From positions 1,829-65,828 of the forward strand of contig CAWAUB010000010.1 in the NCBI GenBank assembly GCA_963785155.1: DNA of 64,000 nucleotides. The letters run 5' to 3'. This DNA is from an uncultured Thermoleophilia bacterium. Lineage in GTDB: Bacteria; Actinomycetota; Thermoleophilia; Solirubrobacterales; 70-9. The position numbers and the translations under genes are program-made. Positions within the stretch are counted from its first letter, which is position 1. Every line of letters begins with the position of its first letter. Under the pieces are notes generated by a model that saw only the letters and a list, made by a program, of their open reading frames with translations, was not told the origin of the DNA and made no database searches. Shown in pieces: positions 10,228 to 19,688 of this stretch.

Positions 10228-11179
10228 TCAGCGCGAGGGATCGAGCAGCAGCTTGCCCTGGGTCGTCCGCGCCTGCAGGTCCTCATGTGCGCGGGCAACG
10301 TCGGAGAGCGGGTAGGTGCCTCCGATCACGACCTCGAGCTCGCCGTCGGCGAGGGCGGCGAGCAGCTCCCCGATCCCCTCGCGAAGCGCATCGGGCCGCG
10401 TGAACAGGTGCATCAGCCAGAACCCGACGACGGCGCGGCTCGTCGACATCAGCTTGCGGGTGTTCACCGTGTTCGAGTCGCCGGAGGCGATGCCGAACGT
10501 GACCAGGCGGCCGAACGGCGCCAGCGACGAGAGGCAGGCGTCGAAGATCTCCCCGCCCGCCATCTCGAGCACGACGTCGACCCGCTCGCCGCCGTTGGCC
10601 TCGATGATCGCGTCCTTCAGGTCGTCGGAGCGGTTGTCGACGGCCGCATCGGCGCCCAGCCGCATGGCCAGCTCGCGCTTCTCCTCGGATGAGGCCAGCG
10701 CGATCACGCGGCCGGCGCCGAATCGCTTCGCCAGCTGGACGGCGAGCGTGCCGGTGCCGCCGCCGGCCGCGCCGACGACGACCGATTCGCCGGGATCCAG
10801 CCGGCCGCTCACCCTCAGCATCGTTCGCGCGGTGAGTCCCTGCAGCAGGATCGCCGCGGCCTGGTCGTCGGTGACGCTGTCGGGCACCGGGACCAGCGCG
10901 GCCTCGGGGACGACCACCTTCTCCGCGTAGCCGCCGCCCGTCAGGAGAGCGGCGACGCGGCGGCCGTCGGCGGTCGTTGCCGCTGACCTCGCCGCCGGGG
11001 ATGAACGGCAGCTCGGCCTTCGCGAGGTACTCGTCACGGCGCTGGTGGGTGTCGGCGAAATTGATCCCCGCGCGGGCGACCTCGACCAGGACCTGGCCGT
11101 CGCCGGCCACGGGATCGGGCAGGTCGACCTGCTCGAGCACCTCGGGGCCGCCGAACTCGGATACCTGGATCGCGCGCAT
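10228..11179 (-). CDS. NADPH:quinone oxidoreductase / zeta-crystallin-type MDR dehydrogenase; one apparent frameshift near 10975
   Basis: The N-terminus is MRAIQVSEFGGPEVLEQVDLPDPVAGDGQVLVEVARAGINFADTHQRRDEY...PFIPGGEVSG (frame of 10283..11179). The remainder, TADGRRVAALLTGGGYAEKVVVP...VVVGAAGGGTGTLAVQLAKRFGA...TTQGKLLLDP, lies in the frame of 10228..11037. Confidence 0.75.
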
Positions 11180-11204
11180 GCGCGAGGAGTCTTGCGGAAC
11201 CGCG

Positions 11205-12014
11205 TTAGATGCGCGGCGCGATCAGCAGCGTGCGGTCGGAGAAGGCGGCGATGTCGGGTGGATTGCAGCCGCAGTACCCGTAGCGGAGCTCGTAGGTGTG
11301 CTGGCCGGGCGCGCGCTTCAGGATGAACGAGCCGGCCGAGGTGCCGGAGATGCCGCAGCCGCCGGTGAGAATGTCGATGACCGGCGGGGTCGAGAAGTAG
11401 GCCTCGGCCCCGGGGGGCACCTGAGAGGAGATGATCTGGTCCTCTAGGTCGGGGTTGTTGATGTTCGAACAGAACTGGTTCGGGTCGATCGGGACCCGCT
11501 GCCCGTCCTCGAAGAGCGCGATCGCGCCCTCGCCGGTCACGAGCGGGTCGGGGTCGTTCTGGTCGCCGAACTTGGCGGTCGCCCAGACCTCGATGTAGCC
11601 CGACTCCGGGACGGTCACCGTCACCGAGGGGCCGCCGGCAAGTGCCACGTAGTCGGTGGAGCTTGCTGTCTGGACCTCGCCCACGGCGGTCGCGGACTTG
11701 ATCTGCGTCAGGTCGATGCGCCCGTTGGCGGCGTTCGCCGTGGCGAGCGCCTGGGTTGCGGTCCCCTGCGCCTGGTCGATCTGGGGCTGCAGGCCGTTCG
11801 CGAACTGGCGGGCGCCGCGGGCCATGCCGCGGGCCTTCCTCGCAACGTTGAAGGCCTTCCGGGAGGTGACGAACTCATCCTTGGCGGCGGCCTGGTTGAC
11901 CTCGAGCGCCGCCTCGTCGCCCGCAAGCTGCGGCGCGACGACGACCGCGCCGGCCACTCCTCCGCCGATCGCAAGTGCTGCTCCCGCAAGCAGTGTTCCA
12001 ATGCGTCCTTGCAC
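11205..12014 (-). CDS. Membrane-anchored or secreted hypothetical protein with a Cys-containing C-terminal domain
   Basis: The 269-aa ORF has an N-terminal hydrophobic segment (IGTLLAGAALAIGGGVAGAVVVA) and an Ala/Gln-rich helical region. The C-terminal domain has paired Cys (FCSN, GGCGISG, YGYCGCNPPD). Codon usage matches the host. No family was recognised. Confidence 0.55.
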   Translation of the reverse strand: MQGRIGTLLAGAALAIGGGVAGAVVVAPQLAGDEAALEVNQAAAKDEFVTSRKAFNVARKARGMARGARQFANGLQPQIDQAQGTATQALATANAANGRIDLTQIKSATAVGEVQTASSTDYVALAGGPSVTVTVPESGYIEVWATAKFGDQNDPDPLVTGEGAIALFEDGQRVPIDPNQFCSNINNPDLEDQIISSQVPPGAEAYFSTPPVIDILTGGCGISGTSAGSFILKRAPGQHTYELRYGYCGCNPPDIAAFSDRTLLIAPRI

Positions 12015-12028
12015 TGCGACCGATATTA

Positions 12029-13930
12029 CTAGCCCGGCATCTCGAGGAAGACCTCGTCGTCATCGGAGTCGGTGTCCTCCTCGCCGGTGCGCAGCTCGCT
12101 GAAGACCGCGGTGCGGCTGCGCTCGCCGCGGACGTCGTCGGCGACCACGTGGGCCACGGCGTTGATCAGCGACAGGTGGGTGAAGGCCTGCGGGAAGTTG
12201 CCGAGGAAGTCGCCGCTCTCCGCCTCGAGCTCCTCCGCGTAGAGGCCGAGGAAGCTCGCGTGCGCGAGCAGGCGCGCGCACGCGTCCTTCGCCATCCCCC
12301 GCTCGCCGATCTCCGAGAGCGCCGAGACGAGCCAGAACGAACAGATCATGAAGGCGCCCTCCTTGCCCGAGAGCCCGTCGTCGGTCTCCTCGACCTTGTA
12401 GCGGAGGACGAAGCCGTTCTCGGTCAGCTCGTCGTTGATCGCCATCACCGTGGCCCGCACGCGCTCGTCGTTGGGCGGCAGGAAGCGGACCAGCGGGATC
12501 AGCAGGGTCGACGCGTCGAGCGCGTCGGTGTCGTAGTGCTGGCGGAAGACGCCGCGCTCGGATACGCCACGGGCGAGCAGGTCCTCGCGCAGCGCGTCCG
12601 CCTCCGCCTTCCAGCGCTCCGCGTCCTCCGTCTCGCCGTGCTCGCGGGCAAGGCGCATACCGCGATCGAGCGCAACCCAGGACATGAGCTTCGACGAGGT
12701 GAAGTGCTTCGGCTCGCCGCGGACCTCCCAGATCCCGCGGTCGGGCTGGCGCCAGCTCTGGACCGCGCCCTCGACCTGGTCGTGGACCACCTGCCAGAAG
12801 CCGTCCGGCAGGCTCACCTGCCGCGCCCGGGTGTGGATGTAGACCGAGTCGAGGAAGGTCCCGTAGACGTCGTTCTGGCGTTGGTCCCACGCACCGTTGC
12901 CCACCCGGACGGGGCGCGCCCCCTTGTAGCCCGACAGCTGCGGCAGGGTCCGCTCGGGGAGCTCGCGCTCGCCGCCGATGCCGAACATGATCTGCGGGTC
13001 CGGACCCGCGTCCTGATAGAGGGTCCCCATGAAGGACATGAAGTTGAACGCCTCCCGGTCGAAGCCGAGGATGTGGAGGCCCCAGAGTGCGAACGAGGAG
13101 TCGCGGACCCAGCTGTAGCGGTAGTCCCAGTTGCGCTCGCCGTTCGGCGTCTCGGGCAGTGATGTGGTGAGCGCGGCGATCAGGGCTCCGGTCGGCTCGT
13201 AGACGAGACCCTTCAGAGCCAGGGCCGAGCGCTGCAGGTAGATCCGCCAGGGATGGTCGGGGAACTTGCCGCGTTCGAGCCAGTGGCGCCAGTACTTGAC
13301 GGTGGCGTCGATCCGCCGCGCCGCCTCGCCCGCGTCCTGCGGCGGCTTGATCCCGTCCCAGGAGAGGGCGCAAAAGCAGGACTCACCCTCCTTCAGGACC
13401 TGCCGCGAGATCGCTGCGCCGTCCTCGATCTCGATCGGGCCCGCGACGCCGAGGTGGAGCGGCTCGTCGACGCCCGGCACGTCCGTGCGCAGGATGCCGT
13501 CGCGGTCCTGAGCCCATCTGGCGGGCTTGGCGCCGTAGTTCAGCATCGGCTCGCAGTTGAGCTCGACCTCGACCTCGCCCCAGGTGCAGGTCGCGGTGCG
13601 GATCAACATCCCCTCGGGCTCGCCCTCGGCGGCGATCGCCAGCGCGTCGTGGACGACGAGCCAGTCGCCTCCCTCGGTCATCCAGGTGGTCTCGAGAACG
13701 TTGGTTCCGGGGACGTAGCGGGCCGCGGCAGGGACCCGGATTCCCTTCGGCGCGAAGCGGAAGGCGCCGGCGCTTCGGTCGAGGATCGCGCCGAAAACGC
13801 TCGGCGAATCGAAGCGCGGCAGGCACATCCACTCGACCGCACCGTCCGGAGCGACCAGGGCGCCGGTGCGGCCGTCCGAAAGGAAGCCGTACCGGGCGAT
13901 CGGGTAGTAGGTCGAAGCCGCAGCGCCCAT
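12029..13930 (-). CDS. Glycoside hydrolase family 15 (glucoamylase/trehalase-like)
   Basis: The 633-aa ORF starts with YYPIARYGFLSDGRTGALVAPDGAVEWMCLPRFDSPSVFGAILD and contains ALTTSLPETPNGERNWDYRYSWVRDSSF. These are characteristic of actinobacterial GH15 proteins. Confidence 0.9.
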   Translation of the reverse strand: MGAAASTYYPIARYGFLSDGRTGALVAPDGAVEWMCLPRFDSPSVFGAILDRSAGAFRFAPKGIRVPAAARYVPGTNVLETTWMTEGGDWLVVHDALAIAAEGEPEGMLIRTATCTWGEVEVELNCEPMLNYGAKPARWAQDRDGILRTDVPGVDEPLHLGVAGPIEIEDGAAISRQVLKEGESCFCALSWDGIKPPQDAGEAARRIDATVKYWRHWLERGKFPDHPWRIYLQRSALALKGLVYEPTGALIAALTTSLPETPNGERNWDYRYSWVRDSSFALWGLHILGFDREAFNFMSFMGTLYQDAGPDPQIMFGIGGERELPERTLPQLSGYKGARPVRVGNGAWDQRQNDVYGTFLDSVYIHTRARQVSLPDGFWQVVHDQVEGAVQSWRQPDRGIWEVRGEPKHFTSSKLMSWVALDRGMRLAREHGETEDAERWKAEADALREDLLARGVSERGVFRQHYDTDALDASTLLIPLVRFLPPNDERVRATVMAINDELTENGFVLRYKVEETDDGLSGKEGAFMICSFWLVSALSEIGERGMAKDACARLLAHASFLGLYAEELEAESGDFLGNFPQAFTHLSLINAVAHVVADDVRGERSRTAVFSELRTGEEDTDSDDDEVFLEMPG

Positions 13931-13956
13931 CGCGGGGCGGACGCTACCTTCCCGGC

Positions 13957-15033
13957 GTGGCGCGCGCGATCGTTACCGGCTCGGGCGGCCTGATCGGGTC
14001 CGAGACCGTGCGCCGCCTCACCGCGGCGGGATTCGACGTGGTCGGCATCGACAGCGACGCTCGGGCGACCTTTTTCGGGCCCGAGGCCTCGACGCGCGCG
14101 GTCAGCGAGGGCCTAGCCGAAAGCTGCGACGGCTTTCGCTGGATCGACCTCGACGTGCGCGATGCGGAAGGCGTCAGGCGAGTCGTCGGCGAGGCGGGAG
14201 CGGGACTCGAGCTGGTCGTCCACTCGGCGGCCCAGCCCTCGCACGACTGGGCGGCGAGCGATCCGGTCGCCGACTTCACGATCAACGCCAACGGCACGCT
14301 CAATCTCCTCGAGGCGGTGCGCGAGCACGCCCCTTCGGCCACCTTCGCCCACCTCTCGACGAACAAGGTCTACGGCGATACGGCGAACAGGCTGCCCCTG
14401 CGCGAGCTCGAGACCCGCTGGGAGCTGCCGGAGGACCATCGCTGGTACGGCGGGATCGACACGTCGATGTCGATCGACCGCTCCACCCATTCGCTTTTCG
14501 GGGTCTCGAAGACGGCCGCGGACCTGCTCGTCCAGGAGTTCGGGCGCTATTTCGACATCCCGACGGTCTGCCTGCGGGCGGGCTGCGTCACCGGGCCGGC
14601 CCACGCCGGCGCCGAGCTGCACGGCTTCCTCGCCTACCTGATGCGCTGCACCGTCAGCGGCCGGCCCTACACCGTGTACGGCCATGGCGGCAAGCAGGTC
14701 CGCGACAACCTCCACGCGGCCGACGTCGCCGCGGCGATCGAGGCCTTCCACGCCGCCCCGCGCACGGCCGCGGTCTACAACATCGGCGGCGGCCGAGGTT
14801 CGAGCTGCTCCGTGCTGGAGGCGATCGAAGCGTGCGAGCGGATCAGCGGCCGCAAGCTCGACTGGACGCTCTCCGACGACGCGCGAATCGGCGACCACAT
14901 CTGGTGGATCAGCGACCTGGACGAGTTCCGCGCGGACTTCCCCGATTGGTCCCCGACATACGACATCGATGGAATCCTGCGCGAGATCCACGACCGCAAC
15001 GCGGAGCGCTGGATGGCCGGAACCGGGGCCTGA
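13957..15033 (+). CDS. NAD-dependent sugar-nucleotide epimerase/dehydratase (CDP-paratose 2-epimerase-like)
   Basis: The Rossmann motif is AIVTGSGGLIGSE. The active-site region is STNKVYGD...FGVSKTAADL (YxxxK-type). The ORF is 358 aa. Confidence 0.85.
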   Translation: MARAIVTGSGGLIGSETVRRLTAAGFDVVGIDSDARATFFGPEASTRAVSEGLAESCDGFRWIDLDVRDAEGVRRVVGEAGAGLELVVHSAAQPSHDWAASDPVADFTINANGTLNLLEAVREHAPSATFAHLSTNKVYGDTANRLPLRELETRWELPEDHRWYGGIDTSMSIDRSTHSLFGVSKTAADLLVQEFGRYFDIPTVCLRAGCVTGPAHAGAELHGFLAYLMRCTVSGRPYTVYGHGGKQVRDNLHAADVAAAIEAFHAAPRTAAVYNIGGGRGSSCSVLEAIEACERISGRKLDWTLSDDARIGDHIWWISDLDEFRADFPDWSPTYDIDGILREIHDRNAERWMAGTGA

Positions 15034-15064
15034 GCCTCGGGTTTCCCGTACTCTGCCCCGCCTC

Positions 15065-15982
15065 GTGTCCCTGACCGTCGTCGGCTCGATCGCGTTCGAT
15101 TCGGTGCGCACGCCCTTCGGCGAGCGCGAGCGGATGCTGGGCGGATCGGCCGTCCATTTCGCCCTTGCGGCGAGCTTCTTCACCGACGTCGGGGTCGTCG
15201 GGCCGGTCGGCGACGACTTCGGGGCCGAGCACGTCGAGCTGCTGGAGAGCCGGGGCATCCGCACCGGCGACATCGAGCGCGTCGAGGACGGCAAGACCTT
15301 CTTCTGGCAGGGCCACTACGACCACGACATGAACGTCGCCCATACGGACGACACCCAGCTCAACGTCTTCGCCGAGTTCGAGCCGAAGCTCTCCGAGCAT
15401 TCGCGCGAGGCCGAGCTGCTGTTCCTCGGCAACATCCAGCCGGACCTCCAGCGCGACGTGCGTTCGCAGTCCTCAGCCGGCTTCGCCGCGCTGGACTCGA
15501 TGAACCTCTGGATCGAGACGACGAAGGAGTCGCTCGTCGCCGCGATCGGCGAGGTCGACTGCCTGCTGCTGAACGACGCCGAGCTGCGGATGCTGACCGA
15601 GGAGCCGAACCTGGCGCGGGCCGCGAAGGCGACGATGGAGCTGGGACCCTCGGTCGTCGTCGCGAAGCGCGGCGAGTACGGCGCCGCCCTTTTCACGGAG
15701 GCGGGGCACTTCGCGATCCCCGGCCTCCCCCTCGAGGACGTCCGCGACCCAACCGGCGCCGGCGACAGCTTCGCCGGCGGTTTCCTCGGCTACCTGGATT
15801 CCGCCCGTACCAACGGCACCTACAACGACGCCGCCCTGCGACGAGCGATGGCCTATGGCTCGGTGATGGCCTCGTTCAACGTCGAGGACTTCGGGACCGA
15901 GCGCGTCAGCCGCCTCGACGAGTCGGAGATCGCCGACCGGCTCGGCGACTTCAAGCGCCTCACGCACTTCGACGAAGCCTGA
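15065..15982 (+). CDS. PfkB-family carbohydrate kinase
   Basis: From the GTG at 15065 the sequence reads VSLTVVGSIAFDSVRTPFGE. The C-terminal PfkB signature is DPTGAGDSFAGGFLGYL. The upstream part of track ORF 14684..15982 overlaps the epimerase and was rejected. Confidence 0.85.
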   Translation: MSLTVVGSIAFDSVRTPFGERERMLGGSAVHFALAASFFTDVGVVGPVGDDFGAEHVELLESRGIRTGDIERVEDGKTFFWQGHYDHDMNVAHTDDTQLNVFAEFEPKLSEHSREAELLFLGNIQPDLQRDVRSQSSAGFAALDSMNLWIETTKESLVAAIGEVDCLLLNDAELRMLTEEPNLARAAKATMELGPSVVVAKRGEYGAALFTEAGHFAIPGLPLEDVRDPTGAGDSFAGGFLGYLDSARTNGTYNDAALRRAMAYGSVMASFNVEDFGTERVSRLDESEIADRLGDFKRLTHFDEA

Positions 15983-15993
15983 GCTTCAGGCGG

Positions 15994-16461
15994 TCAGGGC
16001 ACGGGCTCGCGGCGGAAATCGCGGAGGACCGCCCGCGCGCCGCGGTTGATGAAGAGTCGCGCCATCTCCGTCGGCGAGAGCCCATACAGGTCGGCGGCCC
16101 GACTCAGAGCGTCGTACTGCCAGCCCGTAATGCGGACGTTTACCTGGCAGGTGCGCTGCATCCGCAGCCTCGAGTCGCGCTCCTCCAACGGCTCCGGCCG
16201 CTCCAGGGAAACGTCGCCCGGCAGCCCGCTGAGCAGCTCCGCTGGATACTCGCCTTCGGCCGGCGGGAGCTCGGCGGGACCTGCCGGCGCTCCGGAGCGG
16301 ATCGACCCTTCGTTCTCGCGCTGATAGCTGTTGCTATCGCCTTGATAGTTCCCGCTATCGGGCGCAGAGCGGAGGGCACGTTTCATCCGCCGGCGGTTCG
16401 CGTGCTCCGGTGACTCCCAGTCGTCCCGCCCTCCGAGCTCCGATCGTGGCTTGAACGACAT
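15994..16461 (-). CDS. Hypothetical protein with a ribbon-helix-helix-like C-terminus
   Basis: The 155-aa ORF has a disordered, charged N-terminal half. The C-terminus, VNVRITGWQYDALSRAADLYGLSPTEMARLFINRGARAVL, resembles a CopG/MobC-type RHH. Confidence 0.5.
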   Translation of the reverse strand: MSFKPRSELGGRDDWESPEHANRRRMKRALRSAPDSGNYQGDSNSYQRENEGSIRSGAPAGPAELPPAEGEYPAELLSGLPGDVSLERPEPLEERDSRLRMQRTCQVNVRITGWQYDALSRAADLYGLSPTEMARLFINRGARAVLRDFRREPVP

Positions 16462-16585
16462 CGGACCAGGATCCAGGACCCGGGGTCACCCGTGCCGCGC
16501 GGATCGTCACGAGCATGTGCCGGAAGAGTGCCGACTGCGATAATTGGTGCTCACCCGCCGCCCAACCAACCGCAGGAGGGTCAGT

Positions 16586-17935
16586 TTGGCCGAGGACACG
16601 CTTTCGATCACGGATAACCGCACCGGCGAGACGTACGACGTCGAGATCTCTGACGAGACCATCAAGACGATGGACCTCCGCCAGATCAAGGTCAACGACG
16701 ACGACTTCGGGATGATGGGATACGACCCGGCGTTCACGAACACCGCGTCCTGCCGGTCGGCGATCACCTACATCGACGGCGAGGCGGGTGTCCTCCAGCA
16801 CCGCGGGATCCCGATCGAGCAGCTCTGCGAGCACTCGTCCTACGTCGAGGTCGCCTACCTCCTGATCTTCGGCGAGCTGCCGACCGAGAAGCAGCTCGAG
16901 CGCTGGACCCACGACATCACCCACCACACCTTCGTCCACGAGGACATCAAGAACCTCTTCGAGACGTTCCGCTACGACGCCCACCCGATGGGGATGCTGC
17001 TCTCGGGCGTCGGCGCGCTCTCGACCTTCTATCCGGAGTCGAAGGAGATCGAAGACCACGAGGAGCGCTACATGGCGGCGATCAGGCTGATCGCCAAGGT
17101 GCCGACGCTCGCCGCGTTCGCCTACCGCCACAGCCTCGGCCTGCCGTACGTCTATCCCGACAACGACCTCAGCTACTCCGAGAACTTCCTCGGGATGATG
17201 CGGATGATGACCGAGGTGAAGTACGAGCCCGACCCGCGGCTCGCGAAGGCCCTCGACGTCCTCTTCATCCTGCACGCCGATCACGAGCAGAACTGCTCGA
17301 CCGCGGCGGTCCGCTCGGTCGGCTCGTCGCAGGTCGACCCTTATTCGGCGGTCGCCGCCGGCATCGCCGCGCTCTACGGACCGCTGCACGGCGGCGCCAA
17401 CGAGGCGGTGCTGAAGATGCTCCGCCGGATCGAGACGACCGACAACATCCCCGACTTCCTCGAGGGAGTGAAGAACCGGGACGAGAAGCTGATGGGCTTC
17501 GGCCACCGGGTCTACAAGAACTACGACCCCCGGGCACGGATCATCAAGCACCACGTCGAGGAGGTGCTCGAGGCGACCGGCGACAACCCGCTGCTCGACA
17601 TCGCCACCGAGCTCGAGAAGCGAGCCCTCGATGACGAGTTCTTCACCGAGCGCAAGCTCTATCCGAACGTCGATTTCTACTCCGGCCTCATCTACGAGGC
17701 GCTCGGCATCCCCGCCGACATGTTCACGGTGATCTTCGCGATCCCGCGTACATCGGGCTGGATCTCGCAGTGGATGGAGATGCTCGATGATCCCGACCTG
17801 AAGATCGCGCGTCCCCGCCAGATCTACACGGGCAAGCGCGACCAGGACTATGTGCCGGTCAGCGAGCGCTCCGGCGAAGAGAAGATCACCGGCCCGCCGG
17901 CGAAGCGGCCGAAGTTGCCGCGGCGCGGCGCCTGA
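16586..17935 (+). CDS. gltA: Citrate synthase (type II, hexameric-type)
   Basis: LSITDNRTGETYDVEI...GFGHRVYKNYDPRA...YPNVDFYSG. The likely start is the TTG at 16586, 5 nt after GGAGGG. Confidence 0.9.
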   Translation: MAEDTLSITDNRTGETYDVEISDETIKTMDLRQIKVNDDDFGMMGYDPAFTNTASCRSAITYIDGEAGVLQHRGIPIEQLCEHSSYVEVAYLLIFGELPTEKQLERWTHDITHHTFVHEDIKNLFETFRYDAHPMGMLLSGVGALSTFYPESKEIEDHEERYMAAIRLIAKVPTLAAFAYRHSLGLPYVYPDNDLSYSENFLGMMRMMTEVKYEPDPRLAKALDVLFILHADHEQNCSTAAVRSVGSSQVDPYSAVAAGIAALYGPLHGGANEAVLKMLRRIETTDNIPDFLEGVKNRDEKLMGFGHRVYKNYDPRARIIKHHVEEVLEATGDNPLLDIATELEKRALDDEFFTERKLYPNVDFYSGLIYEALGIPADMFTVIFAIPRTSGWISQWMEMLDDPDLKIARPRQIYTGKRDQDYVPVSERSGEEKITGPPAKRPKLPRRGA

Positions 17936-18027
17936 GGCACCCGCTGGCGACGTACAAGCTGACGATCCGGCGGGGCTCTTCGGTCGACCGGGAGAGTTTC
18001 GACAGGCTCGGAGACGCCGTCGAGACG

Positions 18028-18285
18028 ATGGAGGCCGAGGCTGAAGCCGTCGTCGCCGAGGGCCCGCTGCCGAAGCGCTCGATGATCCGCGACTACGAGC
18101 CCGAGACGCAGGTGGCCGCGCGATTCGAGATCTCGACCGGTGGGCTCCTCGGCGGCGACACCGCCGGGATCGACGTGATGGGCGACGGCAGGCTGGTCCC
18201 GTTCAAGGGAGGTATGGTGCGCCGAGAGCTGGAACCCAAGGGCGCGCAATCGCCGTTCGATGCGGTGCGCAAGGCCCTCCGGTAA
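18028..18285 (+). CDS. Small hypothetical protein
   Basis: The track ORF is 85 aa. The frame is open upstream to 17938 (HPLATYKLTIRRGSSVDRESFDRLGDAVET...), so the true start may be an upstream non-ATG codon. Confidence 0.4.
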   Translation: MEAEAEAVVAEGPLPKRSMIRDYEPETQVAARFEISTGGLLGGDTAGIDVMGDGRLVPFKGGMVRRELEPKGAQSPFDAVRKALR

Positions 18286-18303
18286 CGAACGAGGGAGACA
18301 GGG

Positions 18304-18843
18304 ATGGAAGCAGGACAGACACCGCCGCCGTCAGCGCGTCCGGGAAGGATCGGCGCCGCGGTGATCGTCGTCGCCGCGGTCACGTTGCTCGCAACGTTCC
18401 TCTTCCTTGACTACGTGGACTACGTCCAGACGTACAGCAACGCGCCGGCGTTCGGGGAGGAGCTGGTCCCTGGAGACGTGGGTTACGAGGCGCCAAGTTC
18501 GTACGAGAAAAAGTTCACGGGGATGGACATCTCCGACGAGGAAACCGATGGGTCGGCGATCTTCGTCTGGACGATCTTCGCCGGCGGGCTCGCGCTCATC
18601 GGCGGTCTGGTCGGACTTATCCCGGCCGTGGCAAGGCGGATCTGGGTCGTCGCGCTGCCGGTCGCGGTTGTCGCCGCGGGGTGGTGCATCTACTCCGCGA
18701 CCTGGTTCAACGGTGAGTACGAAGACCTCTCCCGAATGGGGCCCGGCGGAAAGATCTCGCTGGCCGCCGGAGTCGTGATCTTCATCGCCGCCATCGCCAC
18801 CAGCGTCGTCGTGGCAATGCGCAACCGCCGAACGGCGCCCTAG
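18304..18843 (+). CDS. Integral membrane protein of unknown function
   Basis: The 179-aa ORF has 4 predicted hydrophobic helices: AAVIVVAAVTLLATFLFL, IFVWTIFAGGLALIGGLVGLI, IWVVALPVAVVAAGWCIY and LAAGVVIFIAAIATSVVVA. Confidence 0.55.
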   Translation: MEAGQTPPPSARPGRIGAAVIVVAAVTLLATFLFLDYVDYVQTYSNAPAFGEELVPGDVGYEAPSSYEKKFTGMDISDEETDGSAIFVWTIFAGGLALIGGLVGLIPAVARRIWVVALPVAVVAAGWCIYSATWFNGEYEDLSRMGPGGKISLAAGVVIFIAAIATSVVVAMRNRRTAP

Positions 18844-18891
18844 CCGCTGCGGGGCGCCAGCGACACCGAGGTCCCGAAAGGCAGCGTCGCC

Positions 18892-19164
18892 GTGGGGCGG
18901 CGGGTGCGCCTCCCGGCCGGCGCCGGGGCACCGATCGCCGTCTACGTCAACGGCGTGCGCCAGAGCGAGGGCACGGACTACCGCCTGGCCGAGGGTGGGA
19001 TCGAGTTCGATCGCCAGATCATCAAGGAGCAGGTCAGCGGCGCCCGCTGGCTGGCGATGCTCCTCGGCCTGTTCGGGAGCTACGGAAAGAACGAAACGGT
19101 CGACGTGGAGTACCGGCTCCGCGGCGAGACGAAGCTGATCTCCGACGCGGAGATCCTGCCTTGA
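18892..19164 (+). CDS. Small hypothetical protein
   Basis: The ORF is 90 aa with host-like codon usage. It lies in the same frame as the two preceding ORFs and is separated from 18304..18843 by a TAG plus 16 sense codons. Confidence 0.4.
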   Translation: MGRRVRLPAGAGAPIAVYVNGVRQSEGTDYRLAEGGIEFDRQIIKEQVSGARWLAMLLGLFGSYGKNETVDVEYRLRGETKLISDAEILP

Positions 19165-19174
19165 GCGGCGCGGC

Positions 19175-19582
19175 CTAGCTGCCGCTGAGCACGTCGCCCT
19201 GGCGGCGGCGGGCGGTGAAGCGGAAGGTCTGGCCGCGTCCCCAGCGGCCGCGCATCTTCACCTGGCCATCGACGTGGTTCTCGTCGACCCAGGAGGCGGT
19301 CAGCTCGAAGCCGACGTGGCTTGTCTCGACCCGTCCGTCGCGGATCGGCGCGTGGGCGGCCTGGGAAAGCCCATCCACGCGGAGGTTGCGAATCTGGCCC
19401 CCGCGCACGGAAAACGAGATCCGGTGACGGGAGTCGCCACCGGCGTTACCGAGGTATGCGCCCGCGGCGGGCCGGAGCCCTGACGCTGTCGCAGCGGCGG
19501 GCGAAAGCTTCGGCGCATCGGGCAGACTGAGCCCGGCGGCCGAGATCGCCGCCGGCCGCTCGCGCGGGGGCGGTGGAGTCAT
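19175..19582 (-). CDS. Hypothetical protein
   Basis: The track ORF is 19175..19654. I chose the internal Met MTPPPPRERPAAIS at 19582. The C-terminal half (ISFSVRGGQIRNLRVDGL...VDGQVKMRGRWGRGQTFRFTA) looks like a beta-rich domain. Confidence 0.4.
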   Translation of the reverse strand: MTPPPPRERPAAISAAGLSLPDAPKLSPAAATASGLRPAAGAYLGNAGGDSRHRISFSVRGGQIRNLRVDGLSQAAHAPIRDGRVETSHVGFELTASWVDENHVDGQVKMRGRWGRGQTFRFTARRRQGDVLSGS

Positions 19583-19688
19583 CCTTGCGGTCTGGGGAGC
19601 CACATCGACATGTTCGCAGCGAAAGGGGCTTGCCAACACCGGGGGAAACCGCACTCCTGCTACGGGAAACTACTAGCCTCAAATCGCT

